From Chrysomallon squamiferum (lineage: Eukaryota > Animalia > Mollusca), in the NCBI GenBank assembly GCA_012295275.1, contig CM022667.1:19716001-19780000 (forward strand): a stretch of 64,000 bases of DNA. Reading direction: 5' to 3'. Every line of letters starts with the position of its first letter. The stretch's first letter is position 1. Position numbers and translations under genes: made by a program. Below the pieces are notes generated by a model, which saw nothing but the letters and a program-made list of their open reading frames with translations, did not search any database and was not told the origin of the DNA. Positions 1 through 23,688 of the stretch are shown one piece after another.

Positions 1-3000
1 CATAAAATGTAAAAAAAAAAAAAGATTTTGCAAATGCTTCTCAATTTGTCTTGGGGAAAAAAGAAGCACAAAAAAAATGGATTCATCAATCATTAAACTG
101 TAATAACTTCAAAAGAGTGTACTCTGACAATGAAAATAAAACAGATGATACAAGTATAACCATTGGAATATTTCTGTAACAGAACATTTTTCACTGAGAA
201 TTTGCATTTCAGGTGTGATACAAATAGTAATTATTGATACAGAACTGATAAAGGGTTATAACAGAAACAGTGGACAGATTATTTAATTACCACACACACA
301 GATACCCATATTTATATTTTTACAGGAGCTTGTGTTATTATTTTAAATACCTTTTTGCAAGAACTGATAATGAATGGATTTAAGTAGTACAGTGATAAAC
401 CCAAACTAAAATGATGATAATAAATCTGGCTGCAAAATAGAGTACATTTAATGTAAAAGTAAACACAGATTAGCAGACTGCTGGCAGGAGATAACTAAGA
501 CACAAGACATATTTTAATCTATTTACACTGTTAATATATAATACATGCAGATGCACTGAGGAGTGCTTAAGTGATCTCATCATTAAAGCTCGAAGATTTC
601 CTGTCACATACTTGCCATTCCAAGCTATAAACACAAAAATATAAAAATAAAATACGTTGTTTTTTAATTCTTTTTCTCTAAACTATGTGCACTGATTCAG
701 CACTATATTTACCAGAATTCTGCATGATAAATCTCCTTTTTGCACTGGCATCATTAATGCTTTGCTTAAGGAAAGTTTAATTTAATAATAACTAACAAAA
801 ATGAAAATGAAAGATTTATAAGGTAACCACATTTTATCACTGAATTTACAAACTGAGGGGAATGAAAAAAGGAAAAAACCATTCTGTCCATTTCATGCTG
901 GTTACCATGACTAACTGAAATAATTAGAAAATATATAACAGCAATTAACGCCCCAATAAATTATTACATATTGATAACACTTCCTCATTCAAGTATTTCT
1001 CAGTTACATTTATTTATAAATTCAAAGCCATTAGTGGCAGATACTTTCAGTTTGACCTATGTAACTCCAAATCTCACATGACTACATCTAAAATGTTATA
1101 GCCAAACCAAACAACAACAAAAACCATTAACTGATAAAAATGAGGTATTGCTACTTTCTTAAGACACATCTGTATGAAATGCACATACCTCAAATTTAAT
1201 ATACATGCACATAAACTTATTTAGACATATATCTTCATGAAAAGTATATTCCATGGACTGATCTTAATGTGATATTTTAACTGTATATCCATTCAACTGA
1301 TTAACAGGTCAGCATCACAGTTTAAAAAAAGAGGAAATAAAAAATTAATGCTAGTAAATACACAACTGTTACACTGATCAAATAGTATGAGTGAATCAGG
1401 TGTTTTTCATTTACTTACTGGAAGAGTATTATTGACTTCTCAGAACAATACTCAAGACATGATTATTAGACAAACTGATATCAAAATAAATATGAATAAT
1501 AATAAATAATTTACAAACAAAAGTAATACTGTTTGAAAATATGTATTCTTTAAAATAACCAAAATGTTTATAAACTGTACATGCTACATTATTATGATTT
1601 TTATTTATAAGGATTGCAGCCGTATTTTCTCCAACTACAAAAATAAAATATATATATATATACATTTTTCTTTTTGTATGTCATTTTGTATTAAATGGCT
1701 GAACTGACCTCAACCTCCATTCCCATCCCTCCCAACCCAGAAAGAAAAAACAAACAAAACAATTATTCCTGACTTCCCTTGACTTTTCTGTGACCCCCAC
1801 AAACCCTGTGAATTAATGTACATTCTATTGTGATAGCTAGAGAACCCATTATTCCACAGACTGGTATCAGTATTGATGTGCAGTTTGCATTAGTCATACA
1901 CTTTTCTGTCAGGTACAAAACAATCTCAGTTAAGCTGGTCTATTTTTAGTCACTAACCCATTTTATAAACCCAGTTCAATAGGCCAGATGACCATGACAT
2001 TGCTCTTGTTTTGTTTTTTCTCTCTCTATAATGGCTACTTTGTTATTTACCACTGTTAATGGTATCTGATCAGATAAAAAGGGTGTGGTCAAGAAAGAAA
2101 AAATGTCCATGTACATGTTTAATTGCACGTTTCTGAAAATGAATCACTATTTTTAAAATTGTACTTGTAACTGTAAATGACATACATGTTTATAATATAT
2201 AAATACTAACCCAGAAGATTTATTACTTCCATAAAGAATGCTGAAACTTGAACCAGACTGGTTTTAGTCAGTTACTGTACTTTCCATTTATAAAATTAGT
2301 ATGAAAATATCATTTTACTATTATATAATATTACTGTTTGATGAAGACTGGTTTTAAATCAAAAGGAGATACCAGGCAAATGGCATAAAAAAAACCATTC
2401 CAAATGTTGTCAAAATAGCTCATTATACAGTGTTCTAAAAAATACTTTTAATGTTAAAAATAATAAAACATTACACACTAGGTTATAATCCTGATTTATT
2501 ATTTGATGAAAATATAAACAAATAAATAAAATATACTAATACCTTTCTGTATACTAACATTTTATCTGGGATAATTGAATTGGCCAAATGGAAAATAAGA
2601 ATAAATAATAAATAATTAAAAAAGAAATGTCTGATGCAATATGCATATATTATCAAGAAACTGCTGTTTCTACAGATGTTCAGTAAATGTTCACAAATGT
2701 ACTAATTTTATCTATGCATATATAGATTACAAATTATCAACTCACATTATTTTGATATGTGTTTGTATACACACACACACACACACACAGAAAAACACAT
2801 AACTCATCTGAAAAACAAGAAAATTGATGATATTTATAAAACGCTACATTAGTCAATTTAGTGGCTTGACACAGACAGCTGCTTCAAATCTGCTAAAAAG
2901 GAAAAGAAAAGAAAAGAAAGATAGCTCACGAATATCAGAAATACAACTGTCCATTACTGATTAAAAACAAATAACGATACCTACCTCTACAAACATCACC

Positions 3001-6000
3001 TGCTACCCAAGTTCTTCAATATACACATTTACAACATGAATGTTGATTACAAATTCAAGACGTTTCATAAAATCATTATCTACAGACGTTTGATGTGAAT
3101 AGATTCAGAACCATATCTACACATTCATGAAATATTTCTTTACAACATACATTCATTTAACTGGATAAGAACTTCAAAAGGTTTTTGAAAATTTATATAT
3201 TTTTTAATATGTTATTTTAACTATCATTCTTTTTAAAGACAGCTGCAACTAAACTGCATATCATTTTCCAGGTTGTGTTTTTATTACAAGTAAACATAAT
3301 CTTATCAATCCATGTCTTAAGCATCTAGTTCTAAGCCAGTGTGAAATTAAAAAGTATTTACTACAGTAAATAATTCCTTTAAAGTTCTTAATTTCTGTAT
3401 GATATGATAATGTTGATTACCATTAGATTTCCACTGATTACTGAAATACCTAAAAGTCAAACCCTGAAGACAAAAATCAGTTGAAGAATCTTAACAGCAG
3501 ACAACCAAATTTATAATCTTTTTTTTTATAAAATTTATAATCTGTTAATTAAACAGATGTGTTGTTTTCTGAGATCTATTACTTTATTTAGTGTAGTTTT
3601 ACATTTATTTCAACAAATGTGTATTATTAAAGCTATCAATATATAGTGTGTATGTATGTATGTATGGACACACATTGAAATATTTATGGTAAGAGTTAAT
3701 TGTTTTTGTTTCACTAAATTTTTTATTTGACACAATGATGACTGTTGAAAAATTACTGTTCTAGATAATGGGCTTAAAACAGTCTATCTTTAAGAGCCTG
3801 TTTTCATAACTGAATTATTTGCTTCTTTTCTTAAGCTTTTGGCAAAAGTTCAATAACTCCAATTCACACACAAGTATGAATGCCTTTTACATTGTAGATA
3901 TATTCCATGGATTTACGTACACACACCAGTGCCCTTGAGAGACAGAGATTGAATAAATATTGATTAACTGAAAATAGCAATGATTCATGATGTCTGTGCT
4001 GGAAAACAAAAAAAAATAAAAAAACACAAAAAAACACCACCATTATCATTGAAATATATATAACAAACATACCAAAAAACACTCACCAACCAATAAAAAA
4101 TCTGTAACCATGTTTATAGCTGTTGCATCATACTCCAGTAAAGTGCATGTATTTGTATATATATCAAATTCATTTCATTATCATACAAATAAAAATGTTA
4201 AGTTGACAGTTAAAAGAGTTATATACTGAGAATGATAATGAGAATGATATATTCACAAAATTGTTTTTGTCAAAACAAATAATCCACAAACATATGATTA
4301 TACATATTTTTTAAATAATAATAATAAGAAAAAGAAGATAGTTTTTATAAGCCTAGGTTTGTGTTCTTGCTACTGTTTTATAATTCGATGCAAAAGTAGG
4401 CCCATATGTATTTACCAGCCACGTCAAGATTTAGAATTAAATGATAAACAACATATCTTGACTAACAGTTGTTATGACCTATATATATACATTTGTAAGA
4501 AAACTGCAACCTCATTTTGGGTCATGGTTAAGCAATGACCGGTATGTATCTGGTTCACCAGTATCACATAATGATAAGTTTAATGTAATATGAACGCTTT
4601 ATAGATCATATATAATATTTTATCAAACATTTTTACCCCTTTAAAATTCAGTCTGTTAATTGAAATTATAAAACAAAACCAGAATTTGTAAGTTTTAACT
4701 AATGAACAAAATGTATCATAGATGTATATAATACAAATTCAAATAGAATAGTAAATGTTAAATAATACTTTAAAAAAGAAGAAAATATACCAATAAAAAC
4801 CATCATAGATACATAAAATAGCATTTTCTGATATGTCAGATTAATAACACGTGCTTGTAAGAAAAACAAAAATACATATTTACATATACTATATAAATAG
4901 TGCCTTTACATCCTTTTTTTTAAATTTTACATGAATAACTTTAAAATGTTTGAACTAATGAACCAAAGTTAAATTCAATTAAACATTTCAAATAAAGTTG
5001 ACATTTAATTAGGACTTAAAAGCTTATCACAACTGCATTTTTTAAATGTGCACACATTGGTACATGTATTTGCCTGGAAACTCTAGTCATTCCTTTATGC
5101 TTTTCACATTTTCCTCAATCCCCTTGTATCCTCAGTTAACAATTTGTTTATTCATGCCTTCCCCTCCCCTCATACACATAAAAAGGAATTGAACATCCAG
5201 TATAAATATAATTTGCCTGATATATTAATTTCTCTGTAATACTAATCTCATTATGAAAACCTACTTAAAATCCAAGTTCAACATCAATAATCATTCATTT
5301 TTTAAACAAAAGGTTTGCCTTTGATGTAAATTTGCAATCAGTACCAGAATATTATTTTTTACATTGAGCATTTAGAATATGATAAAGTTTAATTTATTAT
5401 TAAATACTTCAATTAAAGGTGTAGAAGAAAAATATTTATTTAAATGTAGAAGTCTTATTATATATATTTTTTTAAATGATAAAATCAGGGCTTATAATTC
5501 CAGTTTAAATCAAGATATTTGGGAAAATAAAAGTTTAAATAATTGCAATATTGAAATTTTAGATATTTTAGTGTGTTGTTTCCAAAGTATAAATTATGCC
5601 TGTGGAACATTCTAGAACATTTGTACTTGTATCATGGATTTTATTACATATGTATATTATAAACTATTTGTAATATGTCGGTATATTCATGTTTAAATTC
5701 AGTAATGAAAGTCTTCTGCAAGGTTTCATATCAGTATTTCAGAAGAAAAAAAACAATCGTGACAATGACTAGCCGATACATATGTATTGTCATGTGACAA
5801 TTGACATTTAAAAAAATAAAAAATAAAATGTCCACCATAAATAAAAATAAAAATATATATTGCTACTGCATAAAACCGAAATGAAATAATAACAAACCAT
5901 TAAAAAATCTCTGCTCCTTTGTTTTTATGACAATGACCTGTCATAATTAAACGTTCCATTCCACGATGACACAAAGGGAATGTTGTGATAACAAAATGAA

Positions 6001-6576
6001 CTGGAAAGGATTTGCAAAACTGATTGTCTTATTAAAGAAACTCTTTTTCACTTTTAAATTTAACTTTCTGTCTATAAAATGTTTGTTTTCTGTTAATTAT
6101 TTTGTATAGTAGATTACAGGAATATGTGGGAAACGGTTCAGATTAGTGGCAGTGAAATGATCGTGGGAACAGTACGACGACACCAGACGTGTATATCCTG
6201 TCTTGGGGAAAAGACGCCATTATGTGACTAAATGTTAATATATAAGCCCACAATGTAGAAATGTTTAAAATATTGTTAAAAGTTAATATTGAAATTTATT
6301 CCTGATTTCATTAATTATTACTTTTACATAATAAATGATAAATATATAAAGTACGAAAACAAAGGCAATGTTTGTAGTAGCTTTTCTTTATATATGCATG
6401 GGATGATCTGCTATGGTAAACAAACTTGTGAGTGTATTAGATAGAAAAATGTTCTAAATTTAATTATACAATTTTCGCATATTATAGAATAATCATTGCT
6501 GAAACGGTTGAGATGGTTTTTATGGCTGCAGGTACTATACGTTAGAAATTATTATGAGTCAAACAGAGGTACTCAC

Positions 6577-6650
6577 CTTCGAAGGACACACTTCTTTCAC
6601 TTTACGCGGGTTAAAACGTATTTTTGATTGGTTAGCCAGACCCATCAAAA
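6577..6650 (-). other. Probable first (non-coding) exon of an unidentified minus-strand gene running off the left of the window
   Basis: Strong minus-strand donor GAAG|GTGAGT (+ strand actcac, 6571-6576) in a CpG-richer patch. Further minus-strand exon-like units lie at ~1419-1474 (acceptor ..ATCAG, donor GTAAGT) and from ~624 leftwards (polypyrimidine tract + TTTATAG). No convincing ORF; the TSS is a guess. Confidence 0.35.
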
Positions 6651-6790
6651 CCGACTTCCTTTGCGATTTGTTAAACTCGATTTGATTGCTCTAGTTGGTA
6701 AACACTAACACGAGAAACGTGATGTTGGATGTTTAACATTTTTCGTCAGAACTTCTGATTTTTCACATTATGTGTACCTAGCAGTTAACG
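6600..6790. promoter_or_regulatory. Putative bidirectional promoter and SPG7 non-coding first exon
   Basis: CpG-enriched stretch with TGATTGG (CCAAT box, ~6625) and ACTTCC (ETS-like, ~6654). It is flanked by a minus-strand donor at 6576 and a plus-strand donor AAC|GTAAGT at 6790; the next plus-strand acceptor, at 7733, precedes the SPG7 ATG. Confidence 0.45.
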
Positions 6791-7770
6791 TAAGTAAACA
6801 AGTGTCATCACTTTACTCCAGTAATGATATCTAAATCATGTTATAGGTAATTTGCTATGTTCTAACTTTGGAAAAATAGTTAACATCGTTTTGATTTTTG
6901 CCCTTGAAAATAATCTCTTGCAAAAGACCAGAATTGTCTTGTGAAATAATAGTAGTCAGTCATACTTTAAGAATCAACAAAACTGTCAGTAGCACAATAT
7001 TTACCGATTTAATATATAATCACTTTTTACAAGACAGACACATCTATTATTATCTAAACAAATGGTTTTTCTATTCTCAGCTTGAGTTTCAGATCAGACA
7101 TCTGACAGATTTAGTCAAACTCACCGTCAGAACATTTAGCCTTGGAACAATACATTACGTCTGTCACTGCATACACTTTATTATAAAATAGAAATGGTGG
7201 ACAGTTTAAAGAATTAAGTTTAATTTGTTCCCTAATTATAGAAATGAATTAGATACAAACACACTTACTAATGGACACTTGTTAGATAACAAATGATCAC
7301 AGAGAAAACTGACCACCATGCAAATATCTGACAGTGATAGCGAGTATGATATTTTAATTTTTTTTGTAGCATGCTTAATATTACATTAAGTAAATGTTTT
7401 ATAATGTAGTCATATCCTCTTTATAAGATTCATTTTTAAAAATTTCAAATCAATGCACTAAAATCTTCAGATGAATAAAACTTGGGATTTGTTTTAGGTA
7501 GTAATATTCATCTTAATGAATTCATATACTGATTACAGATTAGTCTAATAAAAACAAAACTTGAAACAATTGTTTTAATTTCTTAAAATGAATGTTTTTT
7601 AGAAAATGTAGGCATATAATCTATTAATAAAGTTTAAAATAATTTATTTAATTTTTTCACAGCTTTAAAAGCAAATATGATTAATTATTTCCTGACACTT
7701 TTATTTTATTTTATTTTATTTTATTTTTTTCAGATATTGATAGAGATTAAATGCTTTGTGTTTTGGAAAC

Positions 7771-17867
<10,097 letters not shown>

Positions 17868-19386
17868 TTGTTTATTATGAGATGATAGCAGCAGGTGATT
17901 GTCTGTGTGGAAAGAAATCGTATAAAGAATCATGAAGACTGCTGCTAAGTTCATTTTCTTGTTTTCATGGAGTTATTGTTTTTACAAATAATGTTTTCAA
18001 TTTGTGCCGTTCTAAGTCTATTGTTACGAAAACTGTTTGATGCAAAATGGTATAAATGTATTTCCAGACAATTTGTGCATTTCTTTGTTTTGGAATTAAA
18101 AAACTCTGAGAAGATTTGAAAGTATTTTATATACTGTCCATTGGAAATTCATTTGCACAAAAATCTTATATGTACCAACGTTTGTTATAATTTGTTTCCT
18201 TTCTTTTCTTATTGATTTTAAATGTTTTGTGTTTTATTTTATTTTGTTGTTTAATGAAAATGACGGGACTAATGAATATAAAACAGTGCTATAATTTTTT
18301 AATCTCTGCCAATTAGTTCTGAATGTTTCATGATAACTGATTATCTTAATTTATTTCCACTTTATAACAGAAGCAGTGTTAATGCTAAATTGAAAATATT
18401 GTATATTTGAAGAAAAAATTAAAATATTTTATTTAACCTCATTATTTGATATTTTCATGTTTTGTAATGCAATTTACAACAGCAGTTGTAAAAACAAGTA
18501 ATGTTTCGGTTTAACAATGGGCATTCTTCTTTATCCAACTTAGGAAGCAAGGAAAGGAAAAATTATTCATTTATTTTTTGCAAAGAAATACACTTTGCTT
18601 ACTACTCATAAGTTCATTGGTTGCTTAACCATATATCAAGGAAATAATAGAGAAAATTTTCCATACACTGTAAAATAAATTTGATTCTTTAGAGAAGAAA
18701 CTTGCCTCGGTTTGTATCAGTGTTACTACAGTATGTTCTGTATTTTGGTGGAATGTCCCCTTAAATGTTAAGAAATTTTAAGTTATTTAACAAAAAAGAT
18801 ACACACATATCTATATGTCAAAACACAAATTAAAACAAATTTAAATAAGTACTATAAAACAGTTTTTATTGCAACAGTGAACATTTTAAAACAACTGAAT
18901 TATTTAAAATCAAGATTTGCAATATGCAGTTTAAATAATTCACATATTATTTTCTATATTATGCTATAACAGAAATTGAAATAATCTATTATAAAAAGGA
19001 AAAAATCAGTGCATACAACTAATTTTGTTTCTTTACTTGGTTTTAATTTCAACTTAAAAACAAGAAAACATATTTATTTTTCAATTATTATTATTATTAT
19101 TATTTTAATTCAGTCTTATTTCATTTATTTATTTTTAATCTGCATACGACAAATTGTTTCCTTGTTAATCAGATTAATCCTATATTTAAAGAATCAGACA
19201 TTTCACAAGTATTTGCAAGTAATAATAATGAAAAACCAACAGTGATAATAGTAATTATGAATTTCATAACAGTCGAATATAAAACTTTCTCATGAAGAAT
19301 TGAAATAAACAATACAGACAAATAAGGAATATGAAAAACAAAATGAAAAAAAAAAGATGATATTTAATCAAAATAATAATTAACAT

Positions 19387-19389
<3 letters not shown>

Positions 19390-19438
<49 letters not shown>
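19390..19438. repeat. (TA)n microsatellite; a second TA/TATG array lies at ~19848-19919
   Basis: Direct inspection. Confidence 0.9.
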
Positions 19439-19442
<4 letters not shown>

Positions 19443-19868
19443 AAGAAACAAAAAAAAATATAATAATAAATAAAATTTAACATAAACCATGAAGAAACAA
19501 GAAAATTGGTAAATACGTTAAATAAACAAGAAAAAAGTAAATAGAAAAGAATAATTACTAAAAATAAAGATAAAAATGCATACAAAGGATCAAGAAGAAT
19601 AAGTAGTTTGAAAAAATATTAAATGATAAATGAATGAAAAAAATGTGCTATACATAAACACAAGTTTAAGTTACATCATACTGAAGAAAATTATCATTAT
19701 TATGTTGTAGAAGTGAAATAATCCCCATTTGTTACTATAAAACACTAGTACCAGGTTATTTTTTTTATGACAAATGGTACTTTTGTTTTGGGTGTTTTTT
19801 TCGCATTTTAGTACCCAATTTCATGAACCTCTCCAACCCAAACCAATGTATATGTATGTATGTATGTA

Positions 19869-19922
<54 letters not shown>

Positions 19923-21059
19923 CATATTCAAACTGCTGGGGTTCATCATAGGCACATATTTCTAAAAAGTGACAGAAAGAAATTAGCCTTTTTTACATGC
20001 TTCAAAAGAAATATTTTCTAAAATAATTATTACGTTTTTAATTCGTATTTTTTCGTACTTGCACATTATAAAGGATATATGAAAAGAATGGAATTTCTCT
20101 CTCTCATTTCTAGTGTTTGATTCTAAAAATATGTATTTCAAATTTGGGATCTCTAGCGCAAATAGATTTAAGACAGAACATTCACAAACATTTAGAGAAG
20201 CACAAAAAACGAAATGTGAGCAAACAGCAAATAAAGATTTATAACTACATTTCCACATATTGTAACTGTTGGGGTGATGTTCTGTATAATTAGTATGATA
20301 ACTGTGTGTATGTATTTCCTTCTAAAAAAAAACCTGAATCATTTATCTTAAAAATTTCTTTTCTATAAACATTATTGTTACATTATGCATAGTGCAAAAA
20401 GTCAGTTCTTGTTTGTCCTTGAAACTTATAATAATATATTTACGTTTAAAATTCACCAGCTGCATATGCAGGTTCACCTTCAGCTGCAGCAAGCTGAATC
20501 CTTTTCAGTGTCTTATTTCTCTTTGTCTTTTTTGGAGTATGGCAGATTTCCCTTCCATCATATGGATTCGTTCAGAAGCTCCCCCCCCCACCTTTTGTAA
20601 ACCCAGTGCTGCTACTGTATTGGAATCACTTTTTACACAGCCCTTTTCACAGACATTTTAATAGCTTCGGACATTGCCTTTTTGTGTTTTTCATATGTTG
20701 TGTGATGTATACATGGTGAACCCAGTCACCAACAGAGATGACGAAGTCCTGAAAATCCTACACCACTATCCATCGTTCCTCCGAATTATTGTAATCTCGG
20801 ACTGGTAACCTCGGCCCTCTAGTGATATCGGCTCCCTTATATAATTGTAGAGTAAGGTACCCGCAAAATAACCATTAGCAGTAGTAAACAACAATACTAA
20901 AGATTTTTTGGCAAAAAGAGATTTATTGCGACATATATACAGTGATCACATGATACAATTGTAGTACTGGATGTGTTTATTGTACAAGTCTGTACGTAAA
21001 ATTTGAACTGCACTGCGTGTTCCATTGACATATTCTCCCCAATATGCGTGGTCAGCATA

Positions 21060-22546
21060 TAGAACGGCTTGTTTAGCCTGTTGTGCCATCCCTCGACATC
21101 ATTGTTTGTTCTGATGCTAAGTCCATAGACCCTCAAGGCTGTTGGTGGCCACACGGTGTTGGCGATCCATGTTTTCCTCACGTATTTCACGAGGGATTTT
21201 AGGCTGTCAGTAGAGGCCTCTCTTTGTAACTGTCCAAACAATGCAGGGAAGTGGTTTGCGGCAAAAAACAAAGCGCCATCATTTTACTTATGTATTTAAA
21301 CGTGCCATCGTCGGTTTGGTATGCCTGTTGCACTCCTAATTGCTGCACATTCCGGTACACTGCCTGTGTGAAATGAAACGCGCAACCTAGCACTTGGACT
21401 CCTGACATAACACAGGCCACAGCTCTCCACGTAACTTCTTTGTAGTTCTCAATCACTTGCTGGACTTGCGGCGGTGACATGAGTATTTCCAGGATAGCAC
21501 GAAATATGGAGACATAATCCTGCTTTGACCTACGTGACATCGTGCTGGTCACAAGTGGAAATGCTTTTGTGGAGTCTTCGTGCCTCACAAAAGTATGGAT
21601 ACTAAACATTTGGATAAATGATTTTCTGACCACTTAAAAGGTGGCGTCCATATATCTCGTTTTAGCCTTAGCCAGAAGTTGCAGTTGTTCATCTGTGGCA
21701 AATATAATGTGTCGTGTGTTGTTTAATGTTATATCCTTGCGGAGGAAATTCTGTGGAATATGCTCTTCATTCAGAACGAAATCTAAGTTGAGGGGATCTT
21801 TCGGTCCCAGTTTCTGGCGATGTAGTCTGTGAATTTGAGTGCGGGACAAGGTTCTTCATCTGGCAAATAATCACAGATAAGCTCTTGGACGATGGATCCG
21901 GCGGACTGGAAAAGGGTTTTCATGTGCTTTTTCTTTGGCAAGACATGCTATGGACGCAGCAATATCGGAATCAGGCTGCGGTGGATGGAGGTGATCCCGT
22001 AGGCCTCGAGAAAATTCTCCACCAAACTCGCGCACTGTCGCAGGGCGCTATATGTGCTTGTTGCGGACTGAGCATCGCCAAGTGGTAGAAGCACTATACT
22101 TTTTCTTGACTGTAAATGAATAACCAAGAGTATCAAACAGTTTATCTTTTCCACGGATAGATGTTTAGCATACATCTTTGTACTGGATTTCATGACCAGC
22201 GGCGGGTACATATAATGGGGTGGAATCAATCAAAGATGATTCGTTTAAATCTAACGGCAACTGATCATAATGGGGAATTTCCATGGGTATAGGAGACATC
22301 GGTGTGGGAGTTCTTGGCTGAGGCGTTGGGGTCCTTGGCATCGATGCATGAGAGTTTGTGTGACCAAATCACACACCCTCTGGATTGCAGCAAACCTCTT
22401 ACAGCCTGTCGGTTTAGCAGTTGAGAGATGTCAGTGTTACATGTATGGTAATGACAAACATCACACTGGAGAGCTTCCTGTCGAGGACGTACAGAACGAT
22501 GACAAGCTGTGCTTGGATCTGGCACATCGAGTGCTGCTTGTGCCAT
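21060..22546 (-). pseudogene. PHD-finger + MULE transposase pseudogene
   Basis: Fragments in several frames: CHRSVRPRQEALQCDVC..H..CNT (PHD-like), RHIIFATDEQLQLLAKAKTRYMDATF (first catalytic D), in-frame TAA at 21634-21636, FPLV..MSRRSKQDY, GCAFHFTQAV (CxFH), YVRKTWI..WPP, RTNNDVEGWHNRLN (catalytic E). Multiple frameshifts. Confidence 0.88.
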
Positions 22547-22770
22547 GTCGTTAGAATACCATATCAGGATGGATCGATATCAGTTATAATGTAGGAGTGG
22601 TAGCTTTGTATTTAAGAACGAAATGATATACTTCCAACCCACGACCATATCCTTTTATAGTTGCATTAGATTGACTACTTTGATAAATCGAGCTGTATGT
22701 AATGGTTCGCAAATCACTGATTGCAATTAGGTTTATGGGCACGGCACACATTAATAGTTTATGGAGCGAA

Positions 22771-22856
22771 GTACTTGGAGTAGAGGTACTCGGAGTAGAC
22801 GTAGACCTACTCAGAGTAGAGGCACTTAGAGTAGATGTATGCCTACTCGGAGTAGG
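22771..22856. repeat. Degenerate ~15-bp tandem repeat (TACTCGGAGTAGAGG-like) inside the MULE
   Basis: Units gtacttggagtagag, gtactcggagtagac, ctactcagagtagag, gcacttagagtagat, ctactcggagtagg. Confidence 0.75.
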
Positions 22857-23688
22857 TCTTCTAGTGAGAATGGCATGTGTGAATGTGACAACTTCCTATG
22901 TATAGTAAATACAGCTAGGCAGAGCAATAGTGTTGTGTGTGTGAGTGTGCGAGCGCGTGTATGTATGTAAGTTTTTCACCCACATGCTCATTCACGCCAA
23001 GTAACACAGTTTATACTATATATTCCGTCTTTATTAAATCCAACAACATCTATATTTTACAGTCTAGATGATACTGCTTGGCTAATACCGTTATTACTAT
23101 TAACTCAGTAATAATCATTAAAACCGAACTTAATTAAAGAGAACCGAGACAGATCCGTATATGTCAAAACGGTTCCAAATCGCTGAACTTTACAAAGCGT
23201 TTTTACACGCAGGCAGCTCTGCCATCTAGGGAGTAGGAAATCATTCCGAATTAAGATCTCCAACAATTTAAAAGGGGCCGATATTACCAGTCCCAAATGA
23301 CCATTGACCGTTCCTCCATCCAGTCGTCTGATAGTGGTGAGAGGAAATCTGCTTCACGATTTGATGACAATGTGTCATTGTGCACCTTTTCACAAGTGGC
23401 ACAAACTGTCTTCAGATTGACAACAGGGCCATGCAATTGATCAGTTATTAATAATTATACATGAGGATTCTGAACATGACACTTTTGGACAAGTTTTCAG
23501 ACACGCCACCTGCATAAAAAAACAGGTGTCATCAGTATTAAATGGACGATGATGTTCATCTTCATCTTCGATTTCCAAAACATGTTCCAATTTTCTTTTG
23601 GAAGTCGGTTTCCGAGTATAAATTAAAGGGGCATAACTCTACATATCTGAACAACTTCATTACACCGTGATCATAAGGATTTGTTAAA

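Larger units (their letters stand above)
20783..23308 (-). mobile_element. Mutator-like (MULE) DNA transposon, degenerate, with TIRs and a 9-bp TSD
   Basis: TSD CGTTCCTCC at 20774-20782 and 23309-23317. Left end GAATTATTGTAATCTCGGACTGGTAACCTCGGCCC versus reverse complement of right end GTCAATGGTCATTTGGGACTGGTAATATCGGCCC (imperfect TIR). A 9-bp TSD is typical of Mutator elements. Confidence 0.85.
20446..23617 (-). mobile_element. Relic of a second DNA-transposon transposase gene (Mutator-like PF20700 / Kolobok-type), split by the PHD-MULE insertion and internally deleted
   Basis: Right part (23309-23617, minus): TSKRKL..EDEDE..FMQVACL..LLITDQLHGPVVNLKTVCATCEKVHNDTLSSNR. Across the TSD it continues IRRLDGGTMDSGVGFSGLRHLCW*LGSPCIHHTTYEKHKK and jumps to a C-terminus KRIQLAAAEGEPAYAAGEF* (stop at 20446). 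These resemble, from recall, the CxxC..GxGxxGL..C and EGxxYxAGxF* signatures of this family. Several stops and frameshifts. Confidence 0.6.

Noticed and set aside
3735-3813. ATGATGA...CTGA spacing like a C/D snoRNA on the + strand
   Set aside because: No terminal stem, no plus-strand host gene and no recognisable guide; expected by chance in AT-rich DNA.
4351-4470. Two adjacent hairpins (GCCTA..TAGGC; GTCAAGAT..ATCTTGAC) suggesting an H/ACA snoRNA
   Set aside because: No properly placed ANANNA hinge box on either strand.
6125-6256. GC-richer stretch with GGGG..CCCC hairpin, H-box-like and ACA-like motifs
   Set aside because: The second hairpin does not fold convincingly; insufficient support for an ncRNA.
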